Assembly (NCBI RefSeq): GCF_036321535.1 | Contig: NC_087450.1 | Span: 9,176,001 to 9,240,000, forward strand | Length of the DNA: 64,000 nt | Source: Camelus dromedarius | Taxonomy: Eukaryota | Direction: 5' to 3' | Shown here: positions 23,881 through 40,846 of the stretch, piece after piece | How positions within the stretch are numbered: position 1 is the stretch's first letter | Layout: each line of letters starts with the position of its first letter | Position numbers and translations under genes: made by a program | The notes under the pieces: model-generated | Database searches by the model: none | Told to the model about the DNA's origin: nothing | The model's input: only the letters and a program-made list of their open reading frames with translations

Positions 23881-26800
23881 AACTTTTAAAAAGCATCTCT
23901 CTTTTCCCTTTTTGTTCTGCCACACGCATGCTTTGTCCTGTGACCTGCTTCCCTCTTGAGAAATCCTCTGGAGTTTCATCAAGAAGGAGGGCCTCTCTTT
24001 GTCGGTGGTCCCTCAGTGAATTGCCAAAGGAGAGTGGTAGAGGACCCTACGTATGTAAAACTCAGAAGGTGAGCTAAGTTAAACCAGGTCATGCAAATCA
24101 GCTTCTTTTTGGTGAAGGGAAGGGGAGCACTCACTGTCCTTGAATGTTGCCACATATGATGCAGGCCTGAGTGGAGGTATCCTAATTCAAGAGTGGGGCT
24201 AGGGTTGGACAGTGGCCACTGCAGGGCTGAGGAAGTGATATTTTAAAGAAAATACAAAGAATTGCACTATGTGGGGAGGAGTCCTTGAAAAACTGGGACG
24301 CAAGACCACACCAGGGATAGTCACAGTTGGAAACCTGGCAATCCATACAAGATTTGGTGGGTCTTCAGAAACCTGGGCTGGGCGAAGCCAGGGAGTTGAG
24401 GAGGAGAGGAAGCTGGTGCTCAGGAGAGGCAGCTTTAAGGAACAAGAGGGAAGCAGCAAGTTTTCCTTGTCTGTATGAGCCAGACAGTAACAGGAGAGGC
24501 TGGAGGCCAATGCAAGGCATTCCTGAAGGAACCTAATGGGCTGCTGTGGAATCTGAGACAAACAGGATGGCGCAGGTGGCATAAATGTGGCCAGAACCTG
24601 ATTTTAAAGCCTAAATCTCACACTGCCCGAAGTCTGACCCCATTAATTCAAGGGGGTCGTTGGAAATAGCTGGTGAGGGCTGAAGGCACCTGAATTTCCC
24701 CAGATGGAGATTGAAGATCAGAGATTATGTGGCAGAGAACTCGGGACGGGAATAGTAAAGGCAGCCTGAACTGGCTGAGAGAGACAGTGACTTGGGAGGT
24801 AAACACCTGGGCTGTCTCCCAGAGCACAGTACGCCTGGGATGATGCTCGTAGGCCAAGAGAATGGCACCTGTGGATAGACTGCAGACAGCAAGGAAGAGC
24901 CCTTGGTGTGCACTGGGCAGGCAGTGGGGACTGGGATGGGGACACTGCAGAGCCACTGGCCCAGGCCCGATTCCTTCCTGACACCACTCCAAGATTCCTA
25001 AAGCTTCCCATGTCTCCGGCCTCATGCCTGGAATGTCTCCCCTGCCATACTGAGCTGTCCTTGGAAGGCCTAAGTGTCACCTCCTCCAGGATGCCCTCCC
25101 TTAGTTAGAATCAGGGCTTCTTCCACTGTCTGCGGCCTGCCTCCCCACCAGCATACATCTTGAGGTTTGGGATGAATTCTGTCTATCTCAGGATTTCCTG
25201 CTCTCTTCTCCTCTGGGGACTCCCAAGACCACTGCGCTCTGGTTGTTCTCAAGACATTTGTGTGTAAAAGGGTATTTCCAAGGAGTGACTCCAGAGGAAG
25301 AAATGCGGGCTGGAGGGGGATGGGATGAAGGTAAGGCGAATAGAAATGCCCCTGGGTATTTAACAGGGGCCCCAGGAACTTGGGCGTAGTCAGATGGGGT
25401 TTGGCGGCAGATTGGCGCCTAGCACGTCCAGTCAGAAGATAAGGCTGCCCGAGGCCCGCCTGAGGACCAAGCCTGGGGATGAGGCCTGGCTTGTGGCCAA
25501 GAAGCAGCGGAAGGCGATCTGGGATGAAGCGGCTGTCCGCCTCGCCACCAGCTCAGCAGAGCCTTCTTTTTGTCTGTCAGCGGCCAGCGGTGGGGTCGCA
25601 GCTGCCGGGCGTCTCCCGAGGTGGCTGATGCAGGCCGGCTGCAGGCACCGTGCTGCTCTCCCTCCATCCATGGGCTCATTACTCTCCTGCCTGGCTTGTC
25701 CCACGCAGACCTTGTCCCTCGGGGTCACCTGGGTCTTGATCTGCGCCAGGGCGGGCGAATCAAGCCCAAGATTCTCCTGTGCGCGGCATTCAAAGCGAAG
25801 CCGCCCCGGTGCGCGGCCCTCCCTTTCCTGGGCGCCCAGGACCGAGGCTTCAGGGTGGAGGCATTAGTCCTCACCTGCAGGGCCAAGCCTGCCTGGCCCC
25901 TGCCCTTCCTCACCTAGCCGTTTCCGCGGTCCACACTTACCTGGGGAAGGGGGCACCGAGATTTGCTCCTGCCTTTGGCGCAGAGGGGGACCAGTCCCTC
26001 TCATCCTGGCCGGTCTCTCCCAGGACTTGGGTGTGGGAAGGGATGAGGAGCTGGGGAAAAGGGGCTTTCCTGGAACAGTGAGTCTCAAGGTGCACACCCC
26101 TGTGAGCGGGTGGGGAGCGTCTGAGCATCCTCGCTTCCCTACCCAAGCCCGCACACCCGCGGGTTTCCCGCGGCGGTTGCGCAGAGCTTTCTGTGAGCCG
26201 GCGTAAAGGGCCGAAAAGAACTCACAAACCTTAGGCCCTAGAAGTAAGAAAAAAAATTGTGTCTGAATCAGCTCCGTCTGCATTAACGACTTCTGAAAGA
26301 GAAACCATCCCAGAAGTGTGCGAGATGGACGGACGCCCCGCCCCACTTTCCTCTGCCTGGAGTTTCCTCCCTAAATTGCCGCTTCTCTCTTACTCTAGTT
26401 AATGGATTTTCCCCAAGGGGAGGGGAGGACAGGACATGCACATCTCTTGAGACTGTCCTTCTCAGCTATTCACTGCCCCAAGGAGGTAATTCTGACGATC
26501 CCCAAACACACCCCCCACGCACACTCGCAAAATTGAGAGAAATGGATGGATGGGAAATCCGGGAGACTGAAGGCCATTTATTGAGCAGATAGGGATGCCA
26601 AGGCGGGGGGGGGGGTACATCTAGGGCAGGCCTGAGTAAAGGAACCTGCAAGATGAGAGGCTGAGGTGGGTATGGCGGATAAGAGGTACGGTGTCAGGGA
26701 ATGAGAAGTAAGATGGGGGTGGTGAGGAAAGGGAATTCTAGAGGACAAGGCAGAGAGGGTTGGACCACAGGGGTGGGAGGAATGGCGGGAAGAGGTACAC

Positions 26801-29353
26801 TGGAGGGCAGCAGCACTCCCAAAGTGTGTGTGTGGTGGGGGGAGCCTATGAGACAGCTGAGCGCCCCGCCACCCCCGCCCCAGGCAGCCCAGAACCCAGG
26901 TTTAATCTCTTAATCTCCCTCATTAATCATTCACCCTCCTCCCAACCCACTCGGAGGATCTGGTTTCTCCCCAGCTCAGGTTCCAGGGGCTTTGCTGGGA
27001 AAAGTCCCCTCCTGTGGCCCCACAATTGTCTGGACAAGTCCCTGGCCGCTGGGATGTCTTTAGCTGGGCTCTGCTGCCAGCAGCTCCTCCCTTGAGTAGT
27101 CCTCCATCTCTCTCCGCCCCCAAACCCACATCTGGAGATTGCCACACCCCACTGTCCGACCCCATTCCTGAGCCTGGTTGCTCGGGGGAGAAGGTTGGAG
27201 AGACGGAAGGGGAGGAAAGCAAAGGCCCTTCAGGAGAGCCCCAACTGATACACAACAGTAATTGAGAGCAGAAGAGATAACATAAAGGCCACATAGAGGG
27301 TGCACGGGTGAGGGTCGTAGTGTCTGGTGACAGGCCTGGGATATAAGCTAGGCAGTTCCTGCAGCCTCCTGGGATTCCCTTTAATTGCAGATTAAATGAA
27401 ACCACCAGGATGGGTCAGAGGGCTGCATCCTCTAACTAGGAGGCTTTCTCCTGGCCCTCCTCCACCCTCCACCATTAATAACCAATAAACAAGATCCTGA
27501 GGCATCTCAGCTTTTCACGCTCTGGTCTCTGACCCAACAGTGGCCCACTGGGCTGTGTTGCTCAGGCTGCCATGAGGGTATTATGTGAGTGTCTGGATGT
27601 GTCTTAGGGGATGGAGGGGTGTCATGGGAGGGAGCTTTTTACCAAGAAGACCCTGTGTTTCTTCACCTTTGTTGGGTGTGAGCTAGGTCAGTGCCTCAGG
27701 TCACACGAGGTTCCCTGACCCCCATTACCAAAGTCCCTTCCTGTCCTTATCAAAGGGTCTCTGACCCAGGTGCCTTGGATTTCCCAAGCTCAGGTTTAGG
27801 CACCCCAACTGCAGGCTCCACTTGCCCCAGGGAATAGACAGGGGGACCCAGAGGATCACTGCACAAATGGTGGGAGGTACAGAAGTCTACAGAGAAGGTG
27901 ACATGATGGACAGTCCAGGAGGGACCGGCCCACATTTTCATGGCACTGTTCAAAAACTTCTGTGGAAATCCATAGCAGTTTCTTAGGGGTGGTGAGTTGC
28001 TCAGAGGTGGTGGGGCTTCTCTGCCTCTGGGCTGTGAACTCCCTGGCTCATTGGGAGGTGATTTGTGAACAAAACCCTTTCTCCATGAGGCCTCCACTGG
28101 TGAGCAGTGCTGACCCAGAGCTGCTTTCTTCCTACTAAGAAGGGCTGTGGTGCGAGCCCAGGACAATAGGTGTGGGAGAGAAGAGGGAAAGACAGGACAC
28201 AGATAAAAGAGCAATGACTACCCCACGTCTTAGAATTTGTCCCTGGATAGGCAGGGGTTTCTGTCCCAGGATTTGGATGGGCAAATAAATTCTGCCCTTC
28301 AAGTCACTCTTCTATAGGGAGTGACCATAATTTTTCTCAGCAGTGACCAGTGGCCCTTCCTACTGCTGCTGATGCTAGGTGGTTTCTGGGCCTCCCAGGC
28401 TGAGGGACCCCTACTCCAATTACAGGAGCTTAATAAAGAAACAAAGACAGATGGACTGGTAGACCTAAAGAGTAAGCAGGAGGCCCTCGGTGAAGCCAGC
28501 CTTCATTGGCGAGGACCCCTCCTGGGCAGTAACCCTAGCTCGGGTTTGCTGTGTCCTCTCTCCTGAGGCCCAGGTCTCTGGCCCCTTCTCCGTGTGCTCT
28601 GGCTTCCTCAGGACCTCTGAGACGCGGCAGGACAGCCGTGGGTCCAGCCAGAGAGCCGGCAGAGTCCACTCAACCTGCGCGCTTGATTCCCCACCGCATC
28701 CCTACTATTCCCCGATTGCAGTCGCTCTGCCAGGCCAGGTCCTTCCAAGTCTTGAGTCCCCCAGCCCCCAGCGCCGCGCTAATAATTTCCAGCCGCACTG
28801 GACCTCTTTAAGAGCGTTCCACAGGGGTGGGGCGGGACGAGGGGGCCAGGTCAGGAGACAGAGGTCCTTACTAGGTTGGGAAAAGGGGGGTCCCAGCACT
28901 GTCAGCTCTACTCTCTCTCCTCGGAATTTTGCAAATCCCCAGCCGCTGGGGCCAGGGAAAGCGATTTTATTGCCTACGAGTTTATGAGCCAGAGCTGCGG
29001 CTAGGCGGGGAGTCTGTGGTACACAGAATCTGGGGGCCGCCCAGGAAGGGTCCAGCCCGAGTGTGCACGGGGCCGTGTCTGGCCTACGGCCGGGTCTGGC
29101 GGGATTGTTCAGCCGGTTTCTCTCCATACCTTCCCACCCTGTAGAAATACCGCTGCCTGGACTTCTACCAGCTCCAGACCCACCGCGGCCCCGGGTTGGG
29201 GGGTGGGGGCGCAGGAGGAGGGGCACACGAGGCTCGGGCCCAGCGCGGGGGGCGGGTCCGAGTCGGGGGGCCCAGATCGGGAGCCGCGCTGGGGCCCAGG
29301 CAGCTGCGGAGCCCAGCGCAGCGGGCGGCGGGACTGCCACAGCCCGGCTGGCC

Positions 29354-30997
29354 ATGAGTTCGGGATCCGAGCCCCGGCCACCTTGGACACCCTTCAGCAT
29401 CGCAGACATCCTAGGCCCACGCATGGTTCCCCGAGGACCCTCTGCGTCGCAGCTTCCAGAGTCGAGACCAGGTCCCACGTCGCCGCTGTGCGCGCTGGAG
29501 GAGCTGACTAGTAAAACTTTCTGCGGACTTGATGGGCACGCTCCACAACCCTCTGAAGGTATAGCGCCGGCAAGGTCGTGCACTGTGACTTGGCCTTCTC
29601 CCCATTTCTCTCCTCCAGGTTACCGATCCTTCGTTCACCCTGGCCGCTACCCAAATTCGAGCCCTGCCCTCAGCCCACGTGCTGGGGCCGGTATTTCCCT
29701 CTGCCCCCCTCCCCTCCTCTAGTTCCCAGGCTCCGCGGCCGCTCCTGGAGGCCGCCAGCGCCGAGGGGAAGGGCCAGTCTGTCGAGAACTGAGCGACCCG
29801 TCGGTCCATTCACTGTAGGCGGGGCAATCGCGACAGAGAAAGGTCGGAGAGGAGACAAAAGGCCTGAGCTGGAGGCTGTGAACGAGTGAGCTAGGACAGG
29901 GGCGGCGCAGAAAGTGCTGGGAGACGAGGCTCAGGCCTCTCCGAGTGACCGAGCTCCGCTCCAAGCCGCTCTCTTCTCGAGAGGGCGCAAGGAACAGAAG
30001 GTCCTTGGAACGGCCAGGGCTGCGGGACTCCGCACTCCGCCTTTCCTCGCCCTTTGTACCCTACTCTCTTCCTTTCGGGCTCGATGAGGGGGAGCCTGTG
30101 TCACCAAAAAAAGTAAGCCGAGAGTGCCCGACACGACCCACGAGTCTAACGAGGGGCACGATCCGGGTCCTGTTACACTCACCGTGCTGGTTGGCTGCCG
30201 CTACTATGACCGTGGTCAGCCCCCGCCTCTGGTTCCCTGGTTCCGGCCCGGATCTGCAAGCCCGCTCCGTCAGGGGCTCCGGAAGGCCTCAGAGGCCCCG
30301 CCCTAGACCTTCAGACAGTGCACGACGTCTCCTCTGGCTTGTCCCATCCTCCTCCCACTCCCCCGTCCCCGCAAGATGCCCTCGGCCTGCAGCGTACCCC
30401 AGCTGCCGATTCCACTTTGTGCGCCCCTCCTCGGGGTCACCTCCCGGCCCCGCCTCACAGTTCGGGAAGGGACAGCGTTTCTGGCTCCTGTCCGCTTCCT
30501 GGTTCCGCACCAAGCCCGCCTCGCTGGCTTGACCCCTATCCCTGCTTTTCCTCCCGGGCCCGACGCCTGATTCCCGGAGGCTAGAGACTGACGCGCGCCC
30601 TATCCCCGCAGGCCGCGCAGCCCCAGGCGCGCTGGGCCCCGGCCCGGCCGGCCGCAGACGGCGGAAGTCACGCACGGCGTTCACCGCGCAGCAGGTGCTG
30701 GAGCTGGAGCGGCGCTTCGTCTTCCAGAAGTACCTGGCGCCTTCCGAGCGCGACGGGCTGGCGGCGAGGCTCGGCTTGGCCAACGCGCAGGTGGTCACGT
30801 GGTTCCAGAACCGGCGCGCCAAGCTCAAGCGCGACGTGGAGGAGATGCGCGCCGACGTGGCCTCGCTGCGCGCGCTGTCCCCCGAGATCCAGTGCCGCCT
30901 GGCGCTGCCTGACGGCGCCCCGGGCCTCGGCCCCGGCCCTGCCTGGCCTGACTCTGGGCTCCACCTGGCAGACGAGGAGATAGAGGTGGACGATTGA
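29354..30997 (+). CDS. LBX2: Ladybird homeobox 2, 196 aa
   Basis: Exons 29354-29558 and 30612-30997 = 591 nt. Eh1-like PFSIADIL, LBX motif SPLCALEELTSKTF, homeodomain [59 protein letters not shown], acidic tail EEIEVDD. Confidence 0.97.
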
Positions 30998-31127
30998 AGC
31001 GAAAGCCGCCGCCCGGGCTCCGGGGCGCTGGACTCCGCGCCTCCGCGTCCAGTCGGGGTTCCGGGGTGGAGGGAGGGTGTCGACCCAGGCCTCACAGCCC
31101 AGACGCCCACGTTTCCCAACTGCTGAG

Positions 31128-31133
31128 AATAAA
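31128..31133 (+). terminator. LBX2 polyadenylation signal AATAAA
   Basis: AATAAA 131 nt after the stop. Confidence 0.75.
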
Positions 31134-31239
31134 GTTGAGACTCCGCCACAGCATGCCTCAGTCCTGGCGCCCAGAGCAGTAAGAGCGGACTCTACTGATT
31201 ATCGCGAAGATTCTGTGTTTGGCACTGTGCCCGGCGCTT

Positions 31240-31355
31240 TAAACGCGGTGTTTCCGTTAACCTGCATAGCAACCCTGTAAGGTAGGTGATATAACTACGC
31301 CCATTTTACAAAGGACGAACCCCCAGGTCAGGATTTGGGCCAGGCATCCAGTCAG
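31240..31355 (-). mobile_element. MIR SINE remnant
   Basis: AACCCTGTAAGGTAGGTGATATAACTACGCCCATTTTACAAAG matches the MIR core. Confidence 0.65.
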
Positions 31356-32975
31356 CCTTCAGAGCTGGTGCTGGTTAGCTTTCTGCTCCGGATGAGGGGA
31401 AGGGCATGGGATTCTGGTAGCTTCGGGGCAGAGCCGACTCTTCCTGTACTGGTCGCCCGGCCTTTGATCATACGCCGCCTGGGAGACTTTGAGCCTAACG
31501 AATAGACTGGCCTCAGAGTGACAACGTCCTGCCTGACTCTTTCCTGTTTCCCCACCCTGAGGTCAATTGTTAATGGGGTCTCGACCCTTCTTCTTGCCCC
31601 CACGGAAGGAATCCTATGCTGGAACACAGGCAACATGATGAGCGCTGGGAGAGGGGGCACACAGCTGTTTCTAGGACTTCCACTCGACTAGTACTTGGGC
31701 AGAAAATGTCCCCGCCAGGATGGTGGCGGTGGCAGGAGGGTGAGAAGGCCTGGCCCTACCTGCCAAGGTGGATCTTGGAGTAGCCGCTTGCAGAGAGCCC
31801 AACCCACCTCCTGTGGATATTTCCGAGATCAATTTCTAATGCTGGTGATTAATCACCATCCTGCGTGTGATGGGGAGGGAAGAGAAACACTCCTGTGGCT
31901 GCAGGTCTTCCCCCATGCCCGGCCATCCCAGCTCATCTTCAGGAGACCATGCTTAGGCTTGGTCTCCTGCCTCCCTTCTCTCCCTATCAGCCCCTCCTCC
32001 CTCCTCAGACCTTCCCATGCTCAGGTGCTACAACCCCACCATCAGGATGCTCTGGAAATAATCCACCTGGGGTTCAACGTTGGGGTAGGGGTGGTGTCAG
32101 CTAGAAGGCAGAAAGGATATTTCAGGGGAATGAACAAGGCTGGAAGGCAGAAAGGAACCTGGCATTTTAAGACACAGTTCCAAGTGCTTTGCATGGCCTA
32201 ATCTTTACCATAACCTCATGAGATGAGACTTTAACTTCATTTTAAGGATAAAGAGACTGGATCACAGAAGCCCATGATCATGTCATGGAAACCTCAAAGA
32301 AACCTGATTGTGTCATGAAGTCTGTAAGTGGCAGGGCTGTGATTAACCTGATTGCTTGGCTGATTCAGGAGCTCATGCTTTTGGCCACTACAGGTTCTGT
32401 TCCTATAACTCAGCCTGGGCCTAACTGGGAGAAGGGTTCAGAGAGAGAGGAGAGGAGGCAGGGCCAAAGATAGGAATTCAGCCGTTGTACTCCAGACAGA
32501 GCATGGTCCTTGGAGGTGTTAGCGAGGAGAGGCATGAGAGCAGAGCTCAGACCAGCTAATCTGGCTGCATGTGCAGGGTGAACCGGAGACCTGCACAGAT
32601 CTGAGGAAGAAGTGTAGCTCTGGCCACTGTGAAAGGTAAGAGCAGAGAGAATTCAGGGCCAGACTGGAGTGCAGAGGTTGTCATGGAACAGGAATCAGTG
32701 TAATTACTCCAGTGACCAATGATTTGAGGAATCAGAGACGACCTTGCAACCCTGGGCAACTGGCAGGAAAGTGGCACCACTGACAGAAGCAGAGAATGCC
32801 TACTAGCACAGAGCTCATCTGTCACCCACTGTGTACAAAAAGGAACCTTTGCTCCTGCACTGCCCCTTCAATACACAAATACAACACACACACACACATA
32901 GCTCCCCTGGTTCCTGTTCAGGGCCCCATCTATATTCTGTTCATCCCCTCCTAAAGGCTACCTCTCTAGGACCTT

Positions 32976-33128
32976 TATTTTTTAATTTTTAAAAATGTAG
33001 TCTTTTTTTTTTTAGGGGGTGGTGGTAATTAGGATTATTTACTTATTTTTAGAGGAGGGACTGGGGATTGAACCCAGGACCTCCTGCATGCTTAACATGC
33101 GTTCTACCACTTGAGCTATACCCTCCCC
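32976..33128 (-). mobile_element. tRNA-derived SINE (Vic-1-like) with 15-bp TSD
   Basis: Reverse complement of GGGGAGGGTATAGCTCAAGTGGTAGAACGCATG...GGTCCTGGGTTCAATCCCCAGT plus T-rich tail; TSD CCTCTCTAG(G/A)ACCTT at 32961-32975 and 33129-33143. Confidence 0.9.
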
Positions 33129-33893
33129 CCTCTCTAGAACCTTCAGATTGGGGTGACCAACTCATTCCTGTTTGCCCAGGACTTTCCTGGTTTTGACACT
33201 GAAAGCCCCACGGCCTAGGAAATCCCTCAGTCCCTGGAAAACCAGGATGGTTGGTCACTCTGCTTCCTAGCCCTGGGGACTCAGAACTCTCAGGCTGCTA
33301 GGTCAGAACCCTACCACTTAGCAGTGTGAGTGTGGGAAAAAGTGAAGGCAAGGTGTCAGGAGCCCTATGGCTCTTGAAGATTCAAGTCCAGGACAGGATC
33401 AGAGGTACAGGAGAGGGGACATTTCTTTGAGAGGCTACAAGAGTAAGGAGCCAGCTCAGCCTGCAAGCAAAGATGCCAAACATGGGTGGTGGGTGGCCCT
33501 TCTTTGACGAGCCAGGGTCCCTAGTGGAGTCCCCAAAGCAGAGAAGTCCCACCGCACCCCCAGCCCCAGCCCAGAACGAGGCCAGATGAGCAGGCCTCTT
33601 ACGGAGTCACTGTGATATAATCACCCTTTAAACAAACACAAGCACGGCTCCCGAACCCCACCCCTCCACCAGGCATGAGCAAAGAACTCCCAGGGCAAAT
33701 AATTCTAGTCCGCAAGATAGGCAGGGTCAGGTCAAGTCAACTGGCTCTGAGCCGTAACTTTTTTCTACTCGAGGCTTCCTTAATTCTAGCCCAGTGCTGC
33801 CACCTTTTGTAACGAAGACTCGAATAAACGAAACTCAAACTTGCCCCAACAAAATGGCCTCCTGGATGGGCGTCTCCTAGGCCAGGAGCTAGA

Positions 33894-34077
33894 GCCGAGC
33901 TTCCCAAATGTTGGGGTGCCTCAGGTCACCTGGAGGGCTTCTTGAAACACAAACTGTTGAGCCCTACTCTTCCAGCTTCTGGTTTAGAAGGTCTAGGGTG
34001 GCCCCGAGAATTTGTATTTGTGAAAAGCTCCCAGACGATACTGCTGCTGGCCCAGGGACCACACTTTGAGAACCAGT
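33894..34077 (+). mobile_element. MER5A-like hAT-Charlie MITE
   Basis: TCACCTGGAGGGCTTCTTGAAACAC...GAGAATTTGTATTT...GGGACCACACTTTGAGAACCA follows the MER5A consensus. Confidence 0.8.
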
Positions 34078-34174
34078 CCCACAGACCCTGGATTTGGTGA
34101 AATAAGCAGTCATTTACTCACGCTCCTCTCTTCCCAGTGTCGGAATTATGAATACGTAGGACAGCTGCAGGTGC

Positions 34175-34306
34175 AAATCAGTTTATTTAACAGCCACTAA
34201 GTACCAGGCACTTGGTAGGCATTTTCTCGCACTTTCTCTTTCAGTCCTCATGACAGCCCTGTGAGGTAGGGATTGCCCCCATTTTACAGATGAGGAAACT
34301 GAAGCA
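34175..34306 (-). mobile_element. MIR SINE forming the TTC31 3' UTR
   Basis: CCTCATGACAGCCCTGTGAGGTAGGGATTGCCCCCATTTTACAGATGAGGAAACTGAAGCA is the MIR core; its 3' end carries AATAAA on the minus strand (34182-34187). Confidence 0.8.
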
Positions 34307-34309
34307 AGA

Positions 34310-40588
<6,279 letters not shown>

Positions 40589-40846
40589 CTCCCGTTACAG
40601 TGACCCGAAAGTGAAAGATAGTCTGGTATTTGATACTAGCCAAAGGGCGGAGTAGGACCGGGTAGGCGGCCATCTTTGTTAGGGGCAGAAGCCTCGACTA
40701 CGGAGCGCGAGAGAGTCCATGACGGTTCCGGCGGCTCCCGGGCCAGAGACTACCGCTCCGGGGATGGGGCGGAGCCCGGGCTGCCGCGGGCGCTGGGCGG
40801 CGCGGGGAGGTGGGAATCGTTAGGTTCGTTCCACACGGGCCGTCCC
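40589..40846. promoter_or_regulatory. TTC31/CCDC142 bidirectional CpG-island promoter
   Basis: Divergent ATGs 258 bp apart; CpG-rich; YY1 motif GGCGGCCATCTTTG (40665-40678), GC box GGGCGG. Confidence 0.8.

Noticed and set aside
28705-29583. 292-aa minus-strand ORF
   Set aside because: Low-complexity Pro/Gly/Arg shadow frame across the LBX2 CpG island.
30289-31149. 286-aa minus-strand ORF
   Set aside because: Antisense shadow of the GC-rich LBX2 exon 2; no recognisable domain.
40676-40846. N-terminal extension of CCDC142 from a TTG start
   Set aside because: No in-frame ATG, and it runs through the bidirectional promoter; MAQASRSG at 40847 matches the known start.
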